Program-made: the position numbers and the translations under genes | From: Candidatus Nanohaloarchaea archaeon | GTDB taxonomy: Archaea > Nanohalarchaeota > Nanosalinia > Nanosalinales > Nanosalinaceae | DNA: 14,821 bases | Direction of reading: 5' to 3' | Assembly: GCA_041640035.1 (NCBI GenBank) | Contig: JBEQBC010000016.1 | Location: forward strand, 1 to 14,821 | In this document: positions 1-8,621 of the stretch, piece after piece | Layout of the letters: every line of letters starts with the position of its first letter | How positions within the stretch are numbered: position 1 is the stretch's first letter | Notes under the pieces: model-generated | Database searches by the model: none | Told to the model about the DNA's origin: nothing | The model's input: only the letters and a program-made list of their open reading frames with translations

Positions 1-22
1 GTGATGCCTCTTCTCCCGCCAT
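1..22 (-). CDS. 5' end of an unidentified gene running off the left edge (MAGEEAS...), divergent from radB
   Basis: Minus-strand ATG at 22-20, frame open to the window edge. TATAAA (plus-strand tttata, 50-55) lies 27 nt upstream, as for other leaderless genes here. Only 7 codons are visible. Confidence 0.5.
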
Positions 23-106
23 GTGTATATCACTATTTGGTTAGGAAAGTTTATAACAATTTTTATGGTTGTGAATAAAAACTTCTCGAGTACTTGTTAG
101 ACAGTG

Positions 107-112
107 ATAAAA
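107..112 (+). promoter_or_regulatory. TATA-like box of radB (AGTGATAAAA context)
   Basis: ATAAAA 23 nt upstream of GTG 136. The same AGTGATAAAA-N23-start arrangement occurs at 6175-6208. Confidence 0.5.
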
Positions 113-135
113 GAGTTGGAAAGAACAAAATCAGT

Positions 136-831
136 GTGGAGACCAAAACCGTAGAACGCCTCTCAACAGGCTGTGAGCCCATAGACTCACTTCTCAACGG
201 CGGCATCGAGAAAGGAATAATCAACAACATATACGGAGAATCAGGTACAGGTAAAACCAACTTCTGCATCCAGCTAGCCAAACAGGTAGCAGAAAACGGC
301 GAAACACCTGTATACATCGACACAGAAGGAGGCTTCTCACCAGAACGATTCCTCCAGATGTCCACAGAAGAAGCACTAGAACGACTACTTTACCGAGAAG
401 CCACAAGCTTCGAAGAACAGATAGAAGTCGTGAAAGAACTCGAACATCTTGAGATCGAAGACCTCGGTCTCATAATCGTAGACTCGGCAGTATCGCTCTA
501 CCGATTGAATGTGAACGGAGACAACGCGTCAGAAGTCAACCAGAAACTCTCCCAACAGTTATCAACACTATCCAAACTAGCCAGAGAACACAACATACCT
601 GTAGTCGTCACAAACCAGGTTTACACCAGTTTCGACGAGGACAACATGGAGCTGGTAGGAAGGGATGTACCCCGTTACTGGTCCAAATCACTGCTCAAGC
701 TCTCGCAGAAAGAAAACGGTACAAGAATACTAGAGGTAGCCAAGCACCGCTCACTGCCGGAAGGAATCTCCACACAGTTCAAGATCGTAGACGAGGGCCT
801 AGTCCCGCCGGATGAACAGGGACTTTTCTAA
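136..831 (+). CDS. radB: DNA repair and recombination protein RadB
   Basis: RecA-fold core only: LSTGC..ID.LL.GG, Walker A GESGTGKT, YIDTEGGFS, Walker B LIIVDS, VVVTNQV, and the RadB-typical basic KHR motif. No RadA N-terminal HhH domain. Start moved from TTG 94 to GTG 136 on promoter spacing. Confidence 0.93.
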   Translation: METKTVERLSTGCEPIDSLLNGGIEKGIINNIYGESGTGKTNFCIQLAKQVAENGETPVYIDTEGGFSPERFLQMSTEEALERLLYREATSFEEQIEVVKELEHLEIEDLGLIIVDSAVSLYRLNVNGDNASEVNQKLSQQLSTLSKLAREHNIPVVVTNQVYTSFDEDNMELVGRDVPRYWSKSLLKLSQKENGTRILEVAKHRSLPEGISTQFKIVDEGLVPPDEQGLF

Positions 832-882
832 ACGCATAAAACAAAGTAAATACCTAATTCAACAAAGAGGAAGAAATCCCAG

Positions 883-1644
883 ATGAAAGTAGCTTTACTC
901 GGACCTGAAGGAACATACACACATCAAGCAGCAGAAAAATACTTCGAAAACCTCGAACCAGTATTCTGCTCAACGATAAAAGAAGTATTCGAATCAGAAA
1001 CAGAAGTAAAATTCGTACCGGTAGAGAACTCACTCGGAGGAGGGGTATCCGACACAGTAGACCTCCTCAAGGAAAATAATGTACAGGTAACAGGCGAAAC
1101 ACAGCTACAGATACAGCACGCACTCATATCAGACTCAGATTTCGACGATATTAAAAAAGTAGTTTCTCACCCGCAGGCGCTTTCACAGTGCAAAAAAATG
1201 ATCGAAGAAAACAACTGGGAAACAGAAGAAGCATCATCAACAGCAAACGCAGTGGAAAACCTAGAAGAAGGTGAAGCTGCACTGGCATCGGAGATAGCTG
1301 CCAAGATCAACAACAAAAATGTACTCAGGACATCGGTACAGGACACCGACTCAAATGTCACCCGTTTCTTCATCCTCAACGGCGAAACAAAGGCTGAGGA
1401 GAAGTCTTCACTCATACTTGAACCTGGAGAGGACCGGCCCGGACTACTTCACGCGATGCTATCATGCTTCGCCGGCCATGAAATCAACCTTACACACATC
1501 CAGTCAAGACCTACGAAGGAAAAACTGGGAGAATACTACTTCTATGTAGAGGCTGAAGCAGCGAACGGCAGACTGGATAAAGCGGTTCAATGCCTACAGA
1601 CCTATGGAGAGGTCCAGGTACTCGGAAGCTACAGCCAAGATTAG
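883..1644 (+). CDS. pheA: Prephenate dehydratase (PDT domain plus ACT domain)
   Basis: LGPEGTYT, VPVENS, SHPQALSQC, catalytic TRF (NVTRF), and ACT domain with DRPGLL, INLTHIQSRP, YYFYVE and LGSY. Confidence 0.95.
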   Translation: MKVALLGPEGTYTHQAAEKYFENLEPVFCSTIKEVFESETEVKFVPVENSLGGGVSDTVDLLKENNVQVTGETQLQIQHALISDSDFDDIKKVVSHPQALSQCKKMIEENNWETEEASSTANAVENLEEGEAALASEIAAKINNKNVLRTSVQDTDSNVTRFFILNGETKAEEKSSLILEPGEDRPGLLHAMLSCFAGHEINLTHIQSRPTKEKLGEYYFYVEAEAANGRLDKAVQCLQTYGEVQVLGSYSQD

Positions 1645-1707
1645 ACAAGCCAAAAGTTGAAGACACTAGAACACGCTAACACAATCATAAGGAGGTTCAC
1701 CCGAACT

Positions 1708-2826
1708 TTGAGACAAAGAATTCAGAACATCGACCTATCAATCAGAAAAATATCAGAAAAAGCTGCCGACCAAGAAGAAATAGTAAGATTCGATATAGGC
1801 CAGCCAAGCTTCGACACACCTCAGCACATCAAAGATGCTGCCAAGCAAGGATTGGAGAATAAACAGGGCTACAGCCCGATGCTCGGCCTAGAAGAACTAC
1901 GCGAAGCAGTAGCAAGTGAAGAAAACACCAAGAACGGCTACGGAGAAAACGGAAAAAAGATACTGAAAGACCATGTAATGATAACCACAGGCGGCATGGG
2001 AGCCCTATACGCAATATTTGCCGCAAGACTCGGTGAAGAAGACAAAGCAGTTTTCAACGATCCCTGCTGGGGACCATACAAAATGATAAGCGAAGTATCC
2101 GGCAACCAGTGGACACAGGTACAGTACTGGGACGAAGACAGAAACCTGAGGCAAGAAGCGAAGGAAGAAATCGCTGAAGCCGACATGGTAGTAGTTAACA
2201 CTCCTGGAAACCCGACAGGATATGTACTGAGCGAGGAACAAGCAAGAGAAATCGGAGAGTTCGCAGATGAAAACGATACATTCCTCGTCTCCGATGAAGT
2301 CTACCACCGACTCACATACGGCAGAGAACATTACTCTCCCGCAGCATACACCGATAATTCGGCCATAATAGGCTCAGTATCAAAGAATCATGCGATGACG
2401 GGTTGGAGAATAGGATGGATAATAGACAGGGAAGAGAATATCGAGGAGTACGCCAAAGTTTCAAGAGCTAGTACAGCGTGTCCTCCAAGAGTCTCTCAGT
2501 ACGCCGCGATCGAAGCACTGCAGAACGACTCACATGTAGAGGAGATGCGTGAAACATATGAAGAAAGAAGAGATCTACTTGTAGAGAGAATGGAAGATCT
2601 CGGCTGGGACTTCGTAGCTCCAGAAGGTGCCATCTACGCGTTCCCAGAGGTCGGAGAAGATTCATGGAGTTTTTGCATGGATATGATAGATGAAGGCGTA
2701 GCGATGGTGCCGGGCGAACCAATGGGGCCAGACAGCGATCAGAATATCCGTATATGTTTCGGATCCACGACAACGGAGGAGATTGACCAGGCTTTCGATA
2801 TACTTGAAGAGGAGCTGGTAGAATGA
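1708..2826 (+). CDS. PLP-dependent class I/II aminotransferase (aspartate/aromatic type), probably the Phe/Tyr transaminase
   Basis: IGQPSFDTP, NTPGNPTG, SDEVY, SVSK(PLP lysine)NHAMTGWRIG, PEGAIYAF, IRICF. Lies between pheA and tyrA and overlaps tyrA (ATGA). Start uncertain: TTG 1708 follows GGAGGT (1691-1696), while the ORF track uses TTG 1657. Confidence 0.9.
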   Translation: MRQRIQNIDLSIRKISEKAADQEEIVRFDIGQPSFDTPQHIKDAAKQGLENKQGYSPMLGLEELREAVASEENTKNGYGENGKKILKDHVMITTGGMGALYAIFAARLGEEDKAVFNDPCWGPYKMISEVSGNQWTQVQYWDEDRNLRQEAKEEIAEADMVVVNTPGNPTGYVLSEEQAREIGEFADENDTFLVSDEVYHRLTYGREHYSPAAYTDNSAIIGSVSKNHAMTGWRIGWIIDREENIEEYAKVSRASTACPPRVSQYAAIEALQNDSHVEEMRETYEERRDLLVERMEDLGWDFVAPEGAIYAFPEVGEDSWSFCMDMIDEGVAMVPGEPMGPDSDQNIRICFGSTTTEEIDQAFDILEEELVE

Positions 2827-3677
2827 TAGATCAAAAAGTAGCTATAGTCGGTGGAACCGGCCAGTTCGGACAGCACCTCGGCAAAAGAATGGAGGAAGAC
2901 AACCAGATACATATCTCCGGCAAGAATGTCTCTGAAGCAAGGAAAACAGCTGAAAAACACGGATGGGAGCACGGCGAAAGTACTGAGATAGTTGAAGACG
3001 CCGATATTGTAATAGTGGCTGTTCCGATTGCAGTAACTGAGGAAGTAATTCATGAGATAGGCCCCAGTGTACCGGAAGACGCACTGTTCACAGATATTAC
3101 CAGTGTCAAACAGATGCCGGTAGAAGCCATGAAACAGTACTCTGATGAAGTGCTCGGAATGCATCCGATGTACGCGCCCAGTAACTCGGTAAAAGGACAG
3201 AAGATAGTGATGTGTCCCGAGAAAGGTAAGAAATGGACGGTAATGGAGGAGTTCTGGGAACAGCACGAAGCAGATCTACATTTCACAGAACCTGAGACAC
3301 ACGACAAAGCGATGAGTCTTGTACAGGGATTAATGCATTTCTCAGAGCTGGTAGTAGCTGATGTGATACGGAAATCAGAGCTTTCCGGAGACGACATGGA
3401 GGAATTCTCTTCTCCGGTATACCAGTTGATAACCGATTTAACTGCTCGTATGCTGAATCAGAAGCCAGGGCTGTACGGAAGTATACAGGCCGAGAACCCT
3501 GAGAACGAAGAGGTCCGTGAAAGATTCATCGACTCTGCTGAATCCATCAAGGAGATTGTAGGAGATGAAGACAATTTTGCGGATAAATTCTCTGAGCTGG
3601 GAGATGAGTTCGATCTTGAAGGCGCTCAGAACCGTACAGATCTTGTGATCGAGTTTCTTTCCGATGAGGTACGGTAA
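2823..3677 (+). CDS. tyrA: Prephenate/arogenate dehydrogenase (TyrA family)
   Basis: Rossmann VAIVGGTGQFG, ADIVIVAVP, DITSVK, catalytic HPM, HDKAMSLVQGLMH. No C-terminal ACT domain. Confidence 0.93.
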   Translation: MIDQKVAIVGGTGQFGQHLGKRMEEDNQIHISGKNVSEARKTAEKHGWEHGESTEIVEDADIVIVAVPIAVTEEVIHEIGPSVPEDALFTDITSVKQMPVEAMKQYSDEVLGMHPMYAPSNSVKGQKIVMCPEKGKKWTVMEEFWEQHEADLHFTEPETHDKAMSLVQGLMHFSELVVADVIRKSELSGDDMEEFSSPVYQLITDLTARMLNQKPGLYGSIQAENPENEEVRERFIDSAESIKEIVGDEDNFADKFSELGDEFDLEGAQNRTDLVIEFLSDEVR

Positions 3678-3713
3678 AAACCTTGAAGTAAATGGCTGAA
3701 GGATAACCTGTAT

Positions 3714-3992
3714 ATGGCTGATTTACTTGAGGAAGCAAGAGGCAATATCGACGATATAAACCAGGAGATAGCTGATAAAGTCGCTGAACGGATGGAAGAA
3801 GTTGAAAAAGTCGTTCAGTACAAGGAAGAAAACGATATGGAGGTCAAGGACGAGGATAGAGAGGAAAGCGTTATGGAGCAGTTCGGCGACCTCTTCGAGG
3901 AACGAGATCTTCCGCGTGAAAGAGGCCGACAACTAGGCCGTCTACTCATCGATACTGCTATAGACGCAGAAAGAGATATGATGGATAAGTAA
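3714..3992 (+). CDS. Monofunctional chorismate mutase, AroQ (type II)
   Basis: L...R..ID.I...I......R..........K.......D..RE pattern of AroQ active-site residues. 92 aa, helical, in the pheA/tyrA cluster. Confidence 0.85.
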   Translation: MADLLEEARGNIDDINQEIADKVAERMEEVEKVVQYKEENDMEVKDEDREESVMEQFGDLFEERDLPRERGRQLGRLLIDTAIDAERDMMDK

Positions 3993-4005
3993 TAATTATT
4001 TTTTA
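3990..4005. terminator. AT-rich junction between the convergent chorismate mutase and topA genes, probable T-tract terminator
   Basis: taataattatttttta, with only 10 nt between the two stop codons. Confidence 0.35.
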
Positions 4006-6051
4006 CCAGTCGTCCTTTGTTGAGCAGTCAGGATTGATACACATGCTGTACGGGTTCTTATTCTTCCTGATAACCTTGATACGCGGCGTACCACATGTAT
4101 CACAGGTCTCATCCAGGGACTCTATCTTCCCGTTATTCGGTAATGGGAAGGTGTTCTCACAGTCAGGATAGTTAGTACATCCTACGAACCTGCTTCCGTT
4201 CGACTTGATCATCCTGAGTTTTCCGTCCTCACGACCTTCTTCCTCGCATTTCTGGCAAGGACCTAATGTTCTCTGCTTCTTCCGTGTCTGATCGATCGAT
4301 TCGATAAGCTCTGCTCCGATCTCTCTCTCTCTTTCACGGAACTCGTTCAGTATCTCGGTTAACTCCTCACGAGCTTCTTCTACTACTTCATCGCTGGTTT
4401 CTTCTTCGTTCCGGATTGCCTCCATCTTTTCTTCGAACTTTCTGGTTAATTCATCTGAAAGTACTTCCGGACATGAGTCCTCAAGGGCCTCGACTACTGC
4501 CATTCCTAGGTCGGTGACTTCGATAGAGTCTCCATCGATGTATTTCCTGTTGTAAAGGCTGTCAATTACCTGTGCACGGGTTGCCTTGGTTCCAAGGTTC
4601 TTCTTCTCCAGCTCTGAAACTATGCTGGACTGTTTATATCTTCGTGGCGGCTGTGTCTCTTTCTCCTCCTGCGTGAACTCCTCCACTTTCAGTGTCTGGC
4701 CTTCATGCATCTCAGGTAATTCAGCCTCGCTCACACGGACATACGGATCGTAAAGATCAAACCAGTTTCTCTCCAAGGTTCTCTTCGACTTGGCCTTGAA
4801 CTCGTGTCCAAGGACATCCAGTGTGAATGTAACTGTCTGTCTCTGAGCGGCATCCCCGAAAACCGCCATAAACCTCTTGACTATCAGATCGTAGATCTGT
4901 CCTTCCTGTTTGGAGAGTCCGGAGGGATGCTTACCGGTTGGATAGATAGCAGGGTGTGCGTCATCTTCTTTCTTACCCTGCCTTGCGGTTAAGCCGTCCT
5001 TTTTCAGTACTTTTTTGACTTGGTCATCGAAGTTATCGTTTTTCTTCAGCTGGTTCAGTATGTTCTTGTATCCGATCTTTTTCGGCAGCTTTTGGGACTC
5101 TGTACGCGGGTATGAGATAAGTGACTGTTCGTATAGGTTCTGTGCCAGTTGTTGTGTTCTCTTTGGGTTGATGTTGAACTGGCTTGAAGCTTCTTTCTGA
5201 AGTCCTGTCAAGTTGAAAGGTGTTGGCGGATTATGCTTGTAATTATTCTCTTTAACATTCGTTACAGTTGCTTCGTCCTCTCCTTTAACCGTGTAAAATA
5301 TTTCGTCGGCTTTTTCCTCTTCCCATATACGGTCTTCCTCGTCCTCCCACTGTGCTTGGAACTCGGAATGGTTGAGGTAGATCTCCCAGTAAGGGTCGGG
5401 CTCGAATGCCTGGATCTTCCGCTCCTTTTCAGCCAGGATCTTCAGTGCCGGTCCCTGAACTCTTCCGGTGGAAAGTGTTTTGTACCGGTCATTCGCTTTG
5501 ACTGCCTGCATCAAGGCTCTTGAAACATTTACACCGTAGTAGAAATCCAAGATGTGCCGTGTGATTCCTGCTGAAGTCATACCGCGGTCGAAGCTTTCCA
5601 GATCGTCGTATGCTTCTTTGAGGTCTGATGAGGTAAGTGTGGAGAACTTCATACGCTTGATGCGGTCTTCGTCAGGGTCGGCGAGCTGCCGGATTACATT
5701 TGCGCCGATGACTGAACCTTCTAGGTCGTAGTCGCATGCGTTGATGTATTCGTCTGCCTTGTTTATCTGGTCTTTTAGGTTGTTGTAGTATTTCTTTACA
5801 TAGTCTGCGTCATCGCTTGTTTCGAAGATCGGTAGCCATTCGACATCGAATACGGGGTAGTCCCATCCTTCTTCTGTCTGTTCAAGGTTGAAGATGTGAC
5901 CGACAGCAGGAGCTATGATAAGTTTGCCGCTGTCTGTGTTGATTACATAGTTCTTGACTCCTCGGTTCTTCTCTATGCTGTAATCTCCGAGAGCCTGGGC
6001 GAGTTTGCTGGCGACATTCGGTTTCTCGCCAACCATCACTGTAGTGGTCAT
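4003..6051 (-). CDS. topA: DNA topoisomerase type IA (archaeal TopA/Topo III-like) with two C-terminal Zn ribbons
   Basis: Toprim EKP and ACDYDLEG, STGRVQGPAL, active-site ISYPRTES, AHPAIYPT, LGTKATR, and C4 ribbons CQKC...CTNYPDC and CDTC...CINPDC. TTTTAA lies 23 nt upstream of the ATG. Confidence 0.96.
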   Translation of the reverse strand: MTTTVMVGEKPNVASKLAQALGDYSIEKNRGVKNYVINTDSGKLIIAPAVGHIFNLEQTEEGWDYPVFDVEWLPIFETSDDADYVKKYYNNLKDQINKADEYINACDYDLEGSVIGANVIRQLADPDEDRIKRMKFSTLTSSDLKEAYDDLESFDRGMTSAGITRHILDFYYGVNVSRALMQAVKANDRYKTLSTGRVQGPALKILAEKERKIQAFEPDPYWEIYLNHSEFQAQWEDEEDRIWEEEKADEIFYTVKGEDEATVTNVKENNYKHNPPTPFNLTGLQKEASSQFNINPKRTQQLAQNLYEQSLISYPRTESQKLPKKIGYKNILNQLKKNDNFDDQVKKVLKKDGLTARQGKKEDDAHPAIYPTGKHPSGLSKQEGQIYDLIVKRFMAVFGDAAQRQTVTFTLDVLGHEFKAKSKRTLERNWFDLYDPYVRVSEAELPEMHEGQTLKVEEFTQEEKETQPPRRYKQSSIVSELEKKNLGTKATRAQVIDSLYNRKYIDGDSIEVTDLGMAVVEALEDSCPEVLSDELTRKFEEKMEAIRNEEETSDEVVEEAREELTEILNEFREREREIGAELIESIDQTRKKQRTLGPCQKCEEEGREDGKLRMIKSNGSRFVGCTNYPDCENTFPLPNNGKIESLDETCDTCGTPRIKVIRKNKNPYSMCINPDCSTKDDW

Positions 6052-6207
6052 AAACTTCTCATGACCTGAGAAACTTAAAATAAGACTGGGGGTTCCGAAT
6101 TTTTACCTGAGTTTTTCTACTAGCTTAGTTACTTAATTGCTTTTGCTTGATTGTTGTTCTATCCTGCATCCAAAAGTGATAAAACGATGCCACCTGAAAG
6201 TAACAAT

Positions 6208-7356
6208 ATGTCTGATCCTGATCTTGTTGAAGGGGTAGTAGACGCTGACGCAAGAATCGTCTACGATGATGGAACAGAGTATAATATCCCGTTCATGGAG
6301 GTTATGGATTATGTGAACGATCCTCTGGACCGTGAACTGATCGAAGATTATGTAATTTCTGGACGCAAGACCTCAGGATCGATGGGTGACGATAAGACAG
6401 AGGTAGATAGACAGACTGACATCGCTGAGATGGCTACCGATTACTACCAACATATAGAAAATTTTGATATAGAAGTAGATCTCCACTACGATATAAACGG
6501 CGATGGGGAAGCAGAGAAGACCAGAACACTCGTCGGAGATCCACGAACCGATGTAGATATGAGAACAGGAGTTTTCCCAAGTATACTACCGTTACAGTTC
6601 CAGGATTCAGAGCAGTACCTGGTTCTGAGAGAGATGCAGACCTATGATCGAGATTTCTTAAAACATATAGCGAAAGAAGCAGAGTTCACAGGAAGAAACG
6701 GAAACCCATTCGACTGGAGTCTCACAGACAGTATAATGAATGGTGAATACGAACAGGACCAGGAACCTGATACTTTCGGTTATGTTCCTGAACCTATTGA
6801 TTTCCTTGCGATAAATGGAGTGGGTGGTTATCATCAACAGGCCGAAGGAAACGAAAACTTGCCGTACATTTCAGTACCGGACTGGGCCGTACTGGATATA
6901 GATGAAAATAAAGGCTCACTAGTAGGAGTAAGACCCTTCTACGATAATGTTTGGGAGGCAGGAGTCTCAACAAGCGAAGCAGAAAAAATAGGTCGCTGGA
7001 GAGGAGCGAATAGAGCTCTCGGAAGGGTACTTCACGACATGGATGACGAATTCTTCCACGGATTCAACGGCGACAGTCATTTTGTGGGATTCTACGATAA
7101 TGAATTTCCTCATGTAGTATCTACAGAAAATGTGTTTGACGGCGATGAATGGAAAAGGCATAAAGATAACTTCAGAGAACAGGCAGAAGGACCCGAAGAA
7201 TGGATACAGAACCTGATAGAAGTTATGAGAGATGAAGAACTTGATACAGCAGAAGAAATAAATGAAGAAGATATAGAGCCCTACACCGAATTAATAGAAA
7301 CCTCTCTCGATCCGGGCAGGGTTCCAGACGAAATGAGAGCCCACCAAATATTCTAA
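6208..7356 (+). CDS. Acidic hypothetical protein, possible divergent protein-kinase-like (Bud32/RIO/Kdo-type) fold
   Basis: Long ORF with halophilic composition. Start set at ATG 6208 because ATAAAA (6179-6184) is 23 nt upstream. Kinase-like motif spacing is described in the findings. The 3' end overlaps serS by 4 nt. Confidence 0.8.
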   Translation: MSDPDLVEGVVDADARIVYDDGTEYNIPFMEVMDYVNDPLDRELIEDYVISGRKTSGSMGDDKTEVDRQTDIAEMATDYYQHIENFDIEVDLHYDINGDGEAEKTRTLVGDPRTDVDMRTGVFPSILPLQFQDSEQYLVLREMQTYDRDFLKHIAKEAEFTGRNGNPFDWSLTDSIMNGEYEQDQEPDTFGYVPEPIDFLAINGVGGYHQQAEGNENLPYISVPDWAVLDIDENKGSLVGVRPFYDNVWEAGVSTSEAEKIGRWRGANRALGRVLHDMDDEFFHGFNGDSHFVGFYDNEFPHVVSTENVFDGDEWKRHKDNFREQAEGPEEWIQNLIEVMRDEELDTAEEINEEDIEPYTELIETSLDPGRVPDEMRAHQIF

Positions 7357-8621
7357 GACAGATCCAGGTACTCCTTTCCACCCATGTAGTCCTGGAGTGC
7401 TTCAGGAACTTTGACTCCTTTCTCTGTCTGATTGTTCTCGATGATTGCGGTCATGACTCTTGAAGTCGCACAGGCAGTCGCGTTCAGTGTGTGGGCAACT
7501 TGGTTTTCATCGCTTCCTCTGATACGGACATTTACTTTCCGGGCCTGGTAGTCGGTGCAGTTACTGCATGAGACGACCTCGCCGTACTCCTGCAATGGAG
7601 GTCTCCATACCTCTACATCGTATTTCTTGGCTGCGTTGTCGTTCATGTCGCCGGTACAGACATTTACAACTCTGTAAGGCAGGTTCAGTCTCTTCATAAC
7701 TTCTTCTGCGTTTTCAAGTAGTTCTTCATGGTAGTCCCAGCTGTTCTCTGGCTTTGCGAATATGTACTGCTCTACTTTTTCGAACTGGTGTACTCTCCAG
7801 ATACCTCTTGTCTGCTGACCGTGCTTGCCAGCTTCCTGTCTGAAGTTGGTTGAGAACCCGGCGTACTTCTTAGGGAACTCTTCCTCAAGCAGGATATCAT
7901 CTTTATGGAGTGTAGCCAGTGTCTGCTCCGATGTCGCGATCAGGTACTTGTCCTCATCTTCAATCTTGTACAGCTGTTCTTCGAAGTCTTCAAGCTCTGC
8001 TGCTGAACTCATCGCCTCGTAGTTCAGCATGTAAGGTGTCTGCATCGGCGTGAATCCTTTCTCCTCGAGGATATCCATCGAGAACTGGATAAGTGCCTGG
8101 TTCAGCCGGAATAAGTCGCCTTTGAGGTAGTAGGCTCTTTCTCCTGAGATCTCTGCTGCTTTTTCTGCGTTGATCAGGTTGTTTTCCTCGATGATGTCTG
8201 CTGCCAGACGGTTGTCCTCAGGTTTACCGTCTTCTGGTTCCCAGTTCTTGATCTCTTTGTTGTCTTCTTCGTCTTCTCCTTGGGGAACGGTTTCATGCAG
8301 TATATTTCCGATCTGGAATCTGAGTTCGTCTCTTTCCTCTTTCAGTTCTTCTACTTCGTCTTCAAGCTCTGATATCTCTTCTTTGACTTCCTGCATCTCT
8401 GCGATCTTGTCTTCCGCGTCTTCGCCGTTCTGCTTGGCTTCGGCGATTTCGTCGCCTACGCGGTTGCTTTTCGCTCTCAGGTCTTCTAGTTTCTGAAGTT
8501 TTTCACGCCATTCTTGGTCCAGTTCGACTACTTTGTCGACTTTTTCAGGGTCTTTCTCTCGACGTTTTTCGCTCTCTTTGATTCTTTCAGGATTATCTCG
8601 GAACAGCTCTATATCTAGCAT
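7353..8621 (-). CDS. serS: Serine--tRNA ligase (standard bacterial/eukaryotic type)
   Basis: MLDIELFR start, N-terminal coiled coil, YLIATSEQ, FRQEAG, GIWRVHQFEKVEQ, KKYDVEVW, EVVSCSNCTDYQAR, HTLNATA. Confidence 0.97.
   Translation of the reverse strand: MLDIELFRDNPERIKESEKRREKDPEKVDKVVELDQEWREKLQKLEDLRAKSNRVGDEIAEAKQNGEDAEDKIAEMQEVKEEISELEDEVEELKEERDELRFQIGNILHETVPQGEDEEDNKEIKNWEPEDGKPEDNRLAADIIEENNLINAEKAAEISGERAYYLKGDLFRLNQALIQFSMDILEEKGFTPMQTPYMLNYEAMSSAAELEDFEEQLYKIEDEDKYLIATSEQTLATLHKDDILLEEEFPKKYAGFSTNFRQEAGKHGQQTRGIWRVHQFEKVEQYIFAKPENSWDYHEELLENAEEVMKRLNLPYRVVNVCTGDMNDNAAKKYDVEVWRPPLQEYGEVVSCSNCTDYQARKVNVRIRGSDENQVAHTLNATACATSRVMTAIIENNQTEKGVKVPEALQDYMGGKEYLDLS

Noticed and set aside
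63-3932. Minus-strand ORFs antisense to radB, pheA, the aminotransferase, tyrA and chorismate mutase (e.g. 63..365, 2739..3266, 3050..3397)
   Set aside because: Ser/Phe/Leu-rich shadows of Glu/Lys-rich sense codons, fully overlapping well-supported genes and lacking the acidic composition of real proteins here.
136-3992. Apparent shift from A/C-ending codons (radB, pheA) to more G/T-ending codons (tyrA, chorismate mutase), hinting at horizontal transfer
   Set aside because: Impression by eye only, gradual rather than sharp, with similar variation among housekeeping genes and no mobility genes or flanking repeats. It needs a codon-usage computation.
4320-4332. (CT)n dinucleotide run inside topA
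   Set aside because: It encodes the in-frame REREREI helix with the frame intact, with no sign of phase variation.
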